A stretch of DNA of 64,000 nt. It comes from an uncultured Ruminococcus sp. Lineage in GTDB: Bacteria; Bacillota; Clostridia; Oscillospirales; CAG-272. Both the position numbers and the translations under genes were made by a program. Below the pieces are notes generated by a model, which saw nothing but the letters and a program-made list of their open reading frames with translations, was not told where the DNA came from and did no database searches. The stretch spans positions 4,287 to 68,286 of the forward strand of contig CAJKRH010000004.1 in the NCBI GenBank assembly GCA_905202255.1. Reading direction: 5' to 3'. Of this stretch, positions 54,613 to 63,532 are shown piece by piece; the stretch's first letter is position 1, and the number at the start of each line of letters is the position of its first letter.

Positions 54613-54630
54613 CAGGAGGAATGAATTCAT

Positions 54631-55596
54631 ATGGCAAACAAAAAGCAATACTTGACAAAATCAGATTATGAAAAATTTGATTACACCGACACACGATACT
54701 ATGGTGTATTTTGTAGTGGCAAAAAAGAAGCTTTGATGGTAAAGGTAGATCCGAAAAGATTTCAATGTTCAACTGGAAAGAAACTTAACGATGTGCAATT
54801 AACCATAATTAACAGACGTAAAACGCACTACTTCCGTCCGTCAAAATCAAATTATGATGATTTTTATTGTAACATGTTTGAATCAGCAATCAAAAATGTC
54901 AAGGAATATTGGCAAAATCATTTCAAACCATTGATTCATCATGCGAAGCAAAGAGTAAAAAAGCCCAAAGAGTTATCTGTTGGCGATTGCGATTTGATGA
55001 TATGCGGAATAATGGAGTCGGACGAAGCCAACACATGGGCTAATTATGAGAATGTGATGAATGACTTGATATACCGACAGGAGTGTGCTATGGTTGTTAA
55101 TAGTATGTATGCTCAATTTGTTCATCATATGGCATCGACTGTTGAATCGGTTACAGTTGCGGTTTTGACCAAGGAAAAAGCCATAGGTGATCATTTTGAC
55201 AGAAATACTTTATATGGAACAGCAGTCAACAGTGGGAAAAGCGTAAAGGAATTGTCCTCTTTTTTATGGTATGAGAGATTGTATTCATTGTGGAATTTTA
55301 TTAAGCATAACAGTAAATCAACATATGACAAAATAAAAGATAGTTATTCTCAAGCATTGGCGGAAGGTCGCGAGTATAAACAAGGGGATTTAGCAGTTTG
55401 TAGCGTCCATTTTTCTGACGAAATGATTGTATCACTTATGGATGGGGTTTCAACTTTTTTTAAAGAATATTGTGAGTTGGTTTTTCACGAAAATTATGAA
55501 GAGGCACAGTGGAACTATTCTCATTATTTTTTGAATATAGTACACGATGAAATTGAATTGTTTACGAATCCACTAGGTTTGCCGGATTATCTTTGA
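54631..55596 (+). CDS. Orphan hypothetical protein (321 aa, AT-rich, no recognisable domain)
   Basis: Strong AGGAGG RBS, a long ORF in AT-rich DNA, and a predicted soluble helical protein. Confidence 0.7.
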   Translation: MANKKQYLTKSDYEKFDYTDTRYYGVFCSGKKEALMVKVDPKRFQCSTGKKLNDVQLTIINRRKTHYFRPSKSNYDDFYCNMFESAIKNVKEYWQNHFKPLIHHAKQRVKKPKELSVGDCDLMICGIMESDEANTWANYENVMNDLIYRQECAMVVNSMYAQFVHHMASTVESVTVAVLTKEKAIGDHFDRNTLYGTAVNSGKSVKELSSFLWYERLYSLWNFIKHNSKSTYDKIKDSYSQALAEGREYKQGDLAVCSVHFSDEMIVSLMDGVSTFFKEYCELVFHENYEEAQWNYSHYFLNIVHDEIELFTNPLGLPDYL

Positions 55597-55669
55597 AATG
55601 CACTGCCAGTACCTTTGAATTGAAAAACTTTTGTGGTATGATCACAGTAAAAAATCAGGAGAGATTACT

Positions 55670-55849
55670 ATGAACAAAGAACACAGAGTATCGGGCAACA
55701 CCCACAGCAAAGAACAACTGAACCATTACGCAAATCAGCACAATCCAAACAACAGCGCATATCAGGCAAACAGGGACAACCGCTCGAATCAGTGCAATCC
55801 GAACAACAAAGAATATGATCATAGCCGTGGCAGTGGTCAAAAGCGCTGA
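55670..55849 (+). CDS. Small Asn/Gln-rich protein with NQ.NPNN repeats
   Basis: 59 aa from MNKEHRVSGNTHSKEQLNHYANQHNPNNSAYQANRDNRSNQCNPNNKEYDH. RBS is AGGAGAG. Confidence 0.55.
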   Translation: MNKEHRVSGNTHSKEQLNHYANQHNPNNSAYQANRDNRSNQCNPNNKEYDHSRGSGQKR

Positions 55850-55860
55850 GGGAAGCGCTT

Positions 55861-56028
55861 ATGTTCGATTGGCTGAAAAAAGCTCCTGCAATTGATTCGG
55901 AAGCCGAGAAAGCGCGTCTCATGGAACTAAGCGAAAAAGAACTCTTGGTTGAAATGATTTTGGAACTGAAAAGAATCAGTGAGAAGTGCGACGAGATCGG
56001 CAGGAAGATCGTTATATGGAGCAATTGA
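55861..56028 (+). CDS. Small hypothetical protein (55 aa)
   Basis: MFDWLKKAPAIDSEAEKARLMELSEKELLVEMILELKRISEKCDEIGRKIVIWSN. GAGGGA lies 8 nt upstream. It is below the ORF-track size cut-off. Confidence 0.45.
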   Translation: MFDWLKKAPAIDSEAEKARLMELSEKELLVEMILELKRISEKCDEIGRKIVIWSN

Positions 56029-56055
56029 AAAACTGATACGCAGTAAACAAAGAAA

Positions 56056-56095
56056 AAGGTTCTCGGAGGGAATACCTCCGGGAACCTTTTGAATT
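56056..56095 (+). terminator. Strong intrinsic terminator ending the cargo operon
   Basis: 14-bp stem AAGGTTCTCGGAGG-GAATA-CCTCCGGGAACCTT followed by TTGAATTT. Confidence 0.75.
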
Positions 56096-56244
56096 TAGTT
56101 TTTCGTGAGCAGACCCGCCGGAACAGAAGCGACCAAACGATTCGCCTATGCTCCAACTGTGGTCAAATATGTGGTCAAAAAATTTTCGGAATTTCGGGTG
56201 GTGCGAAAGTGGTGGGAAAATACCCGATTTAGCCCCGAAAATGC

Positions 56245-56282
56245 AAAAAATAAAGCCGAAAACGGTTCGTTTTCGGCTTTAT
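56245..56282 (-). terminator. Terminator downstream of tRNA-Pro
   Basis: 11-bp hairpin AAGCCGAAAAC...GTTTTCGGCTT, followed on the minus strand by a T-run. Confidence 0.7.
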
Positions 56283-56283
56283 T

Positions 56284-56359
56284 TGGTCTGAGTGACAAGA
56301 CTTGAACTTGCGGCCTCTACCACCCCAAGGTAGCGCGCTACCAACTGCGCCACACCCAG
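56284..56359 (-). tRNA. tRNA-Pro (anticodon GGG), CCA encoded
   Basis: Hand-folded 76-nt cloverleaf. Acceptor CTGGGTG/CACTCAG, U8, D-stem GCGC/GCGC, anticodon stem CTACC/GGTAG with loop TTGGGGT, T-arm GCAAG-TTCAAGT-CTTGT, discriminator A, then CCA. Confidence 0.9.
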
Positions 56360-56523
56360 ATGCATTCGCTATTATAGCACAAAGGTAGTAAGAAGTCAAG
56401 AGAAATTTCAAAAAACTTTTTAAAAAATCAAAGAAAAATTCAGAAAAGCGGGCGGACTTAAAGCAAAACGGCAAAAAATGCGGATTTTTCCGAAAAAATT
56501 ATACAGGAAAAATCAAAATATTA

Positions 56524-56552
56524 TTGCACTTACGAGAGATTTGTAGTATAAT
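56524..56552 (+). promoter_or_regulatory. argS promoter
   Basis: TTGCAC, 17-nt spacer, TATAAT. Confidence 0.55.
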
Positions 56553-56640
56553 AAATTGTAAAAACCGAAATTTGCGGATTTTTCGGAAGAAATTTACCGC
56601 AAAAAAGAGACAAATTAAGCCAAGGAGAATAAAAGACTTC

Positions 56641-58362
56641 ATGATTTCTTTTAAAAAAGAAACGGCAAAAGCCGTTTATAATGCCGCAAAAAACGCTTTT
56701 CCATCAGCTGAAATACCGAGTGAAAGCGAAATTTTTGCGATGCTTGAATATCCGCCCGATGACAGCATGGGCGATATAGCATTTCCCTGCTTTCGTCTGA
56801 GCCGTGCACTTCATGCCGCACCTCCCGTGATAGCGGGCAAAATATGCGCCGAGCTTGAAAATGCACTTCCCTGCGGTGCCTCTGCCGTGACTGTTGCCGG
56901 CGGATATCTGAATTTCAAGATATCGGATGAATATTTCTCGAAAAAAATTCTCTCCGAAATCTCCGAAAAAGGCAGAGACTACGGTGCTTCAGATATAGGC
57001 AAAGGCAAAACCGTTGTTCTCGATTATTCTTCGCCGAATGTGGCAAAGCCTTTTCATATAGGTCATCTCGGAACGACTGTTATCGGTCATTCGCTGAAAC
57101 TGCTTCACAACTATGCAGGCTGGCACTGCATCGGAATCAACCATCTCGGCGACTGGGGCACACAGTTCGGCAAGCTGATTGTTGCATATCGCAAATGGGG
57201 TAGTCGCTCTGCTGTAGAGGCAGGAGAGATCGACGAGCTGGTCGCGCTCTATGTCAGGTTCCATGCCGAGGCTGAAAAAGATCCCTCCCTCGAGGATGCG
57301 GCGCGCGCCGAGTTCACTAAGCTGGAGCATGGCGACGAAGAAAACCATGCGCTGTGGAAATGGTTCATCGAGATTTCGTTGCGCGAGTATCAAAAAACCT
57401 ATGACCAGCTCGGTATCACCTTTGACAGCTACAAGGGCGAGAGCTTCTATTATGACAAAGTTTCCGCTGTGGTGGAAACACTGCGTGAAAAGGGCTTGCT
57501 CAAGGTTGACGACGGCGCCTCGATTGTCGACCTTTCCGAATACAAAATGCCGCCCTGCATGATTCTGAAAAATGACGGCTCGTCCATTTATCCGTCACGC
57601 GACATCGCGGCGGCGGTCTACCGCATGGATACCTATCGTTTTGACAAGTGCATCTATGTCACCTCCGCCGGACAGTCGCTCCACTTTGCACAGTGGTTCA
57701 AGGTGGTCGAGCTTATGGGCTACGACTGGTATGACCGCCTTGTCCATGTACCCTACGGCACATGCAGTATCAACGGTGCAAAGCTCGCGACCCGCACGGG
57801 TAATGTAGTACTGCTTAAGGATTTGTTTGCCACCGCTATTGAAAAGGCACGCGCCATAATCGAAGAAAAAAATCCCGCGATGGAAAACAAAGACGCTGTG
57901 GCAGAGGCTGTCGGCGTCGGCGCGATGATATTCTATTATCTTTCCAACAACAGAATGAAAGATATCAACTTCGTAATGGAGGAAGCGCTTTCCTTTGACG
58001 GAAACACGGGTCCCTATGCTCAGTATACCTATGCGAGAACATGCAGTATCCTCGCAAAGGAAGGTGAAACAAGACTTGCGCCCGTTTCTTCGCTCTGCCG
58101 TGAGGAACGCGAGCTGATAAAGACGCTTTCGCTCTTCCCCGAGAAGGTGCTGACGGCTATTGCCGACTACGAGCCCTCTGTCATAACGCGTTACATCCTC
58201 GATATATGCAATGATTTCAACCGCTTCTATCAGGCTTGCCCGATAAACAGCGCACCCGATGCGGATACGAAAGCCTTCCGCCGTGCGCTGACTAAATGCA
58301 CAGGCGAAATACTTGCCCGCGCACTTGAGCTTATCTGCATGAAGCACCCGGAAAAGATATGA
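56641..58362 (+). CDS. argS: Arginine--tRNA ligase
   Basis: Start placed at MISFKKETAKAVYNAAK. Class I motifs: SSPNVAKPFHIGHLG (HIGH) and the DALR-type anticodon-binding C-terminus. Confidence 0.93.
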   Translation: MISFKKETAKAVYNAAKNAFPSAEIPSESEIFAMLEYPPDDSMGDIAFPCFRLSRALHAAPPVIAGKICAELENALPCGASAVTVAGGYLNFKISDEYFSKKILSEISEKGRDYGASDIGKGKTVVLDYSSPNVAKPFHIGHLGTTVIGHSLKLLHNYAGWHCIGINHLGDWGTQFGKLIVAYRKWGSRSAVEAGEIDELVALYVRFHAEAEKDPSLEDAARAEFTKLEHGDEENHALWKWFIEISLREYQKTYDQLGITFDSYKGESFYYDKVSAVVETLREKGLLKVDDGASIVDLSEYKMPPCMILKNDGSSIYPSRDIAAAVYRMDTYRFDKCIYVTSAGQSLHFAQWFKVVELMGYDWYDRLVHVPYGTCSINGAKLATRTGNVVLLKDLFATAIEKARAIIEEKNPAMENKDAVAEAVGVGAMIFYYLSNNRMKDINFVMEEALSFDGNTGPYAQYTYARTCSILAKEGETRLAPVSSLCREERELIKTLSLFPEKVLTAIADYEPSVITRYILDICNDFNRFYQACPINSAPDADTKAFRRALTKCTGEILARALELICMKHPEKI

Positions 58363-58407
58363 TTTCCGATTTTTTACAGTAAATAATTATACAGGAGATA
58401 TATAAAA

Positions 58408-59133
58408 ATGTCAGGACACAGTAAATGGAAAAATATCATGCACAAAAAGGAAAAGACCGACGCACAGCGCGCCAAGGTCTTTACCAAGATAGGCAAGGAG
58501 ATTGCCATTGCCGTTAAAGAAGGCGGCCCCGATCCCATATCAAACGGCAAGCTGCGCGACCTCATCGCAAAGGCAAAAAGCAACAATGTTCCAAACGATA
58601 ACATCGACCGTATCATTAAGAAGGCTACGGGTGCGGACGCCGTGGAATATGAAGAGATAACATATGAGGGCTACGGTCCCTCCGGCGTTGCAGTTATCGT
58701 AGAGACAGCGACCGACAACAGAAACCGCACGGCAGGCGAACTCCGCCATTACTTTGATAAGTTCGGCGGAAATCTCGGTCAGAGCGGTTGCGTCGGCTTC
58801 ATGTTCTCCGACCGCGGCGTCATCGCCATTTCAAATGAGGACGGCGATGTCGATACGGACAAGCTCATGGAGGATGCACTCGAGGCAGGCGCTTCCGATT
58901 TCACAGATGACGGCGATGTTCTCGAGATTCAGACCGAGCCGGATGACCTCTCCGCTGTCCGCGATGCGCTCGCGGCAAAGGGCTATGAATTCATTTCAGC
59001 CGAGATAGAAAAGGTTCCTTCCTCTTATATCAAGCTGGAAAATGAAGAAGATATCAGATATATGAATCTGCTTCTCGAGCACCTCGACGACAACGAGGAT
59101 GTTCAGAATGTATGGCACAACTGGGAAGAATAA
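58408..59133 (+). CDS. YebC/PmpR-family transcriptional regulator
   Basis: 241 aa. MSGHSKWKNIMHKKEKTDAQRAKVFTKIGKEI. Confidence 0.95.
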   Translation: MSGHSKWKNIMHKKEKTDAQRAKVFTKIGKEIAIAVKEGGPDPISNGKLRDLIAKAKSNNVPNDNIDRIIKKATGADAVEYEEITYEGYGPSGVAVIVETATDNRNRTAGELRHYFDKFGGNLGQSGCVGFMFSDRGVIAISNEDGDVDTDKLMEDALEAGASDFTDDGDVLEIQTEPDDLSAVRDALAAKGYEFISAEIEKVPSSYIKLENEEDIRYMNLLLEHLDDNEDVQNVWHNWEE

Positions 59134-59214
59134 TCACGCATACCGACAAAATGCGCATATAATGTAAATGGGAGATAATCCGCACGCAGTGCGGCAAAAT
59201 GAGGAATTAAGGCA

Positions 59215-60642
59215 ATGATAACAAAAGAAGAATATTCTGTAGAATTCAAAAGTATGTTCCGCGAGTATGATATTCGCGGCAGGGTAAGCGAAAATGAGCT
59301 TTGTCCCGAAAATGTATACAAGATAGTGAAAGCATACTGCAAATACCTGAAGAGAAGAAACATCACACGCGCTGTCTGCGGCTATGACAACAGAGCCTGC
59401 TCGCCCGCCTTTGCAGAGGCAGCTGTAAAAGCGCTTCGCGAATGCGGCATAGATGTTTTCTTCACAGGGCTTTCGCTCTCTCCGCTCGTATACTTCGCTC
59501 AGTATTATCTGAAATGCGAGGGCGCGGTTATGATAACGGCAAGCCACAATCCCGACGGCTGGTCGGGCTTCAAGCTTGCAAAGGGCTACTCCAAGACGCT
59601 CGAACCCGACGATATCAAGGAGGTCTATTCCCTGCTCGATACGCCCGACGAGCCCTGCGCCATAGGCAACTACGAGGAGGTTGATGTGCGTGACGCGTAT
59701 ATCGACGATATAGTTTCCCGCATACATATGGGAGACAAGAAGCTCCGCGTGGTTCTCGATGCGGGCAACGGCGGCGCCGGTCTCTTCGTTTATGAGGTAT
59801 TCCAGCGTCTCGGCTGCATGACCTTCCAGCTCAACTGCGATCCCGATACGACATACCCGCATTACTTCCCGAATCCCTCCGACCTCAAGGGCAGACAGCG
59901 CATGCGCGAGATGATTCTCCACCCCTATATCAATGCGGATATCGGTCTTTCCTTTGACGGCGACGGCGACAGAATAGGCGTCATTGATGAAAAGGGCGGC
60001 AATGTATGGAGCGATATCATCCTCGCTCTCATCGCAAAGCAGCTCCTCGAAAAGAAGCCCGGTGCTACAGTCATCTACGATGTAAAGTGCTCAAAAACGC
60101 TCACCGATGTGATAGAGGCAAACGGCGGAAATCCCGTAATGTGGAAAACAGGTCACTCATATATCAAGGCAAAGCTTCATGAGATGAATGCCGAGCTTGC
60201 AGGCGAACGCAGCGGTCATATCTTCATCTCCGGCGACGACTGGTACGGCTTTGACGATGCCGTTTTCGTTGCGGCAAAGCTTGTGGAGTTCCTCTCTCAT
60301 CAGAAAGAAAGCGTAAGCGAAATAATAGATACATTCCCGAAATATGTCACATCTCCCGAAATCAAGGCGCACTGTGCGGACACGGAAAAGTACGGAATAG
60401 TAGATAAAATAACGGCAGAGCTGAAGGCAGCTTATCCCGGCAAGGTCTGCGATATAAACGGAGCGAGAGTTTCGTTCCCTCACGGATGGGGACTTATCCG
60501 CCCGTCATCCAACCTGCCCGAGATAGTTCTGATATTTGAGGCAGATACGATGGAACATCTGCTTGAGATAAGAGAAATCTTCAAGAGCTATACAAGAAAA
60601 TATCCCGAAATCTCCGATAAATGGGATAACGATGTAATGTAA
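59215..60642 (+). CDS. Phosphomannomutase/phosphoglucomutase (alpha-D-phosphohexomutase)
   Basis: 475 aa. Active-site TASHNPDGWSG, Mg loop FDGDGDR, and GERSGH. Confidence 0.9.
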   Translation: MITKEEYSVEFKSMFREYDIRGRVSENELCPENVYKIVKAYCKYLKRRNITRAVCGYDNRACSPAFAEAAVKALRECGIDVFFTGLSLSPLVYFAQYYLKCEGAVMITASHNPDGWSGFKLAKGYSKTLEPDDIKEVYSLLDTPDEPCAIGNYEEVDVRDAYIDDIVSRIHMGDKKLRVVLDAGNGGAGLFVYEVFQRLGCMTFQLNCDPDTTYPHYFPNPSDLKGRQRMREMILHPYINADIGLSFDGDGDRIGVIDEKGGNVWSDIILALIAKQLLEKKPGATVIYDVKCSKTLTDVIEANGGNPVMWKTGHSYIKAKLHEMNAELAGERSGHIFISGDDWYGFDDAVFVAAKLVEFLSHQKESVSEIIDTFPKYVTSPEIKAHCADTEKYGIVDKITAELKAAYPGKVCDINGARVSFPHGWGLIRPSSNLPEIVLIFEADTMEHLLEIREIFKSYTRKYPEISDKWDNDVM

Positions 60643-60669
60643 ATATAATCAAAGGAAAGGGGCGGCATC

Positions 60670-61572
60670 ATGATAGAGACGGCAGAGCGTTTTGACGAAA
60701 AGCTCGGCGCGAAATGCGTCGATATATCGGGTGTCACTTCCCTTTCCGTCGCCGATACATTCGATTGCGGGCAGTGCTTCCGCTTTGAGAAGCGGGAGGG
60801 CTATGTCGACGGCGTCGCCTACGGCAGATATATCCGCATCTGTCAGACGGACGACAAAATAACTCTCTGCGGCTGCGACAGCGCCGACTACACAAATATA
60901 TGGTGCTCTTTCATCGCCCTCGATGAAGATTACGATGCGGTGAAGCGCGATATAGGCGAGCATTTCGGCGTATACGGCGATACGATATTTTCCGCCATGG
61001 AAAGAGCGGGCGGCATAAGAATTCTGCGGCAGGAGCCATGGGAAGCACTCTGCTCTTTCATCATCTCGCAGAACAACAATATCCCGAGGATAAAGAAGAT
61101 AATCCGCGCGCTCGCGGAAAGGTACGGCGAGGCTTTCACCGCTTTCGGAGAGACATACTATGCATTCCCTACCCCCGAGGCGCTCTCGGCAGCAAGCGAG
61201 GACGAGCTTAAAAGCTGCGGCACCGGTTTTCGCGCGAGATATATTCTTGACGCGGCAAAAAAAGTCTCCTCGGGCGAGATAGATTTCTCCGTAATCCAAA
61301 GTATGGACGATGAGGAAGCGGCAAAATATCTCATGACCATATGCGGCGTGGGCGCCAAGGTTGCCGCATGCACGCTGCTCTACGGCTTCCACAGGACAGC
61401 GGCTTTTCCCATAGATGTATGGATTAAGCGCGTGCTGGACAAGTATTACCCGGGCGGCATAGACATAAGTTCGCTCGGAGCATATGCCGGCATAGCGCAG
61501 CAATATCTTTTTTACTACGAACGGTACATACAGGCGCAGGAAGCGCACGATATAAACAAAGGAAAGGAATAA
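60670..61572 (+). CDS. ogg: 8-oxoguanine DNA glycosylase / HhH-GPD family (Ogg-type)
   Basis: 300 aa. FDCGQCFRF N-domain. HhH ICGVGAKVAACTLLYG followed by FPIDVWIKR. Confidence 0.8.
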   Translation: MIETAERFDEKLGAKCVDISGVTSLSVADTFDCGQCFRFEKREGYVDGVAYGRYIRICQTDDKITLCGCDSADYTNIWCSFIALDEDYDAVKRDIGEHFGVYGDTIFSAMERAGGIRILRQEPWEALCSFIISQNNNIPRIKKIIRALAERYGEAFTAFGETYYAFPTPEALSAASEDELKSCGTGFRARYILDAAKKVSSGEIDFSVIQSMDDEEAAKYLMTICGVGAKVAACTLLYGFHRTAAFPIDVWIKRVLDKYYPGGIDISSLGAYAGIAQQYLFYYERYIQAQEAHDINKGKE

Positions 61573-61577
61573 CAAAA

Positions 61578-62864
61578 ATGCTGGACATCAGATTTATTCG
61601 CGAAAATCCCGAAATCGTAAAGCAGAATATAAGAAACAAGTTTCAGGACTCCAAGCTCCCCCTTGTCGACGAGGTAATAGAGCTCGATGCCGAAAACCGC
61701 CGCACTATACAGGAGGCAAACGACCTGCGTGCCGAGAAAAACCGCCTCTCCAAGCAGATAGGCGTTCTCATGGCGCACGGTCAGAGGGAGGAAGCCGAGG
61801 CGACGAAAAAGAAGGTTGCCGAGAGCGCGGCGCGTCTCGCCGTGCTTGAAAAGGCAGAGCCCGAGCTCGAGGAAAAAATAAGAAAAATAATGCTCCTCAT
61901 CCCGAATATCATCGACCCGAGCGTGCCGATAGGTCCCGACGACAGTCACAATGTGGAGGTTGAGCGCTTCGGCGAGCCGAAAGTTCCCGATTTTGAAATT
62001 CCCTATCACACGCAGATAATGGAAAGCTTCAACGGCGTCGATATGGATGCCGCAGGCAGAGTTTCCGGAAACGGCTTCTATTATCTGATGGGCGATATAG
62101 CACGCCTGCACAGCGCAGTGCTCGCTTATGCGCGCGACTTCATGATAGCAAAGGGCTTTACCTACTGTATCCCTCCCTTTATGATTCACGGCAATGTCGT
62201 CGAGGGCGTAATGAGCCAGAACGATATGGACGCAATGATGTATAAAATAGAAGGTGAGGACCTCTATCTCATCGGCACATCCGAGCACTCCATGATAGGC
62301 AAATTCATCGACCAGATGATTCCCGAGGCAAATCTGCCGCAGACTCTGACAAGCTACAGCCCCTGCTTCCGCAAGGAAAAGGGTGCGCACGGCATAGAGG
62401 AGCGCGGCGTTTACCGCATACACCAGTTTGAAAAGCAGGAAATGATAGTAGTCTGCCGTCCCGAGGACAGCATGGCTTGGTATGAGAAGATGTGGCGCTA
62501 TTCCGTTGAGCTTTTCCGCTCCATGGATATCCCCGTGCGCCAGCTCGAATGCTGCTCCGGAGACCTCGCCGACCTCAAGGTCAAATCCTGCGATATCGAG
62601 GCATGGTCGCCACGCCAGCAAAAGTATTTTGAGGTTTGCTCCTGTTCAAATCTCGGCGATGCACAGGCACGTCGCCTGCGCATGAGAGTAAAGGGTGCAG
62701 ACGGCAAGACTTATCTGCCGCACACGCTCAACAATACCGTTGTCGCTCCGCCGAGAATGCTTATTGCATTCCTTGAAAACAATCTTCAGGCGGACGGAAG
62801 CGTAAAGATTCCCGAGGTTCTCAGACCTTACATGGGCGGCATGGAAAAGATAGAGAGAAAATAA
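61578..62864 (+). CDS. serS: Serine--tRNA ligase
   Basis: 428 aa. MLDIRFIRENPE, coiled-coil arm, FRKEKGAHG and GSGLA-type class II motifs. Confidence 0.95.
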   Translation: MLDIRFIRENPEIVKQNIRNKFQDSKLPLVDEVIELDAENRRTIQEANDLRAEKNRLSKQIGVLMAHGQREEAEATKKKVAESAARLAVLEKAEPELEEKIRKIMLLIPNIIDPSVPIGPDDSHNVEVERFGEPKVPDFEIPYHTQIMESFNGVDMDAAGRVSGNGFYYLMGDIARLHSAVLAYARDFMIAKGFTYCIPPFMIHGNVVEGVMSQNDMDAMMYKIEGEDLYLIGTSEHSMIGKFIDQMIPEANLPQTLTSYSPCFRKEKGAHGIEERGVYRIHQFEKQEMIVVCRPEDSMAWYEKMWRYSVELFRSMDIPVRQLECCSGDLADLKVKSCDIEAWSPRQQKYFEVCSCSNLGDAQARRLRMRVKGADGKTYLPHTLNNTVVAPPRMLIAFLENNLQADGSVKIPEVLRPYMGGMEKIERK

Positions 62865-62879
62865 CTCTCGGAGGAAAAA

Positions 62880-63512
62880 ATGATTATTCAACCAAAGGAA
62901 ACAACAATTGCCTATCGCTGTCCCGAATGCGGTGCTACTGTTCATTCCGTAGTCGGCATATTTGCCCTCTCGGGCGACAGGATAAAGCTCAAATGCTCCT
63001 GCGGCGGAAGCGAACTGCTGATAGAAAATACAGCCGACGGCAAAATGCGTTTCACTGTTCCCTGCATATTCTGCCCGAATCCGCACAGCTTCCTTATCTC
63101 CAGAAAAACCATCCTCTCGCGCGAGCTTTTCACTATTCCCTGCGGTCTTGCGGGATATGATATCTGCTTTATCGGCAAGGAAGATAAGGTTCGCGAGGCT
63201 GTCGAGCAATCGGATAAGGAGCTCTATGAGGAGATATCCGTGGAGGAGCTTCAGAGCATCAAGGAAAACAACAGCGAGGATTCATATTATGACGAGCATA
63301 TCGCCGATATGCTGATATATGTTTTCGGTGATCTCTGCGAGGAGGGAAAAATCCACTGCAACTGCAAGGACGGCGGCGACTACCTCTGCGAAAAAGACAA
63401 GGACTGCGTCCGCATCTCCTGCAAAAAATGCGGTGCCTCGCTTGAGGTTGAAGCGGAGGACAGCCCCGCCACGCATGCTGTTCTCCATGCAAATGAAATC
63501 TATTTAAATTAA
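62880..63512 (+). CDS. Hypothetical Cys-rich (multiple CxxC, zinc-ribbon-like) protein
   Basis: 210 aa with a GGAGG RBS. CPECG...CSCGG...CIFC and CNC...CKKCG pairs. Confidence 0.6.
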   Translation: MIIQPKETTIAYRCPECGATVHSVVGIFALSGDRIKLKCSCGGSELLIENTADGKMRFTVPCIFCPNPHSFLISRKTILSRELFTIPCGLAGYDICFIGKEDKVREAVEQSDKELYEEISVEELQSIKENNSEDSYYDEHIADMLIYVFGDLCEEGKIHCNCKDGGDYLCEKDKDCVRISCKKCGASLEVEAEDSPATHAVLHANEIYLN

Positions 63513-63532
63513 ATAAAAGTGAGGAAAAAATC

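Noticed and set aside
55270-55330. HEPN-like Rx4-6H motif in the 321-aa orphan (..YERLYSLWNFIKHNS..).
   Set aside because: The position expected to be Arg is Trp (WNFIKH), and the nearest Arg is 9 residues from the His. The motif is not satisfied, so no nuclease call was made.
56085-56359. tRNA-Pro 3' end as a demonstrable att site for the neighbouring integrases.
   Set aside because: I could not find a second copy of the tRNA 3' segment at the other side of the integrases or of the larger block. The idea remains an untested possibility only.
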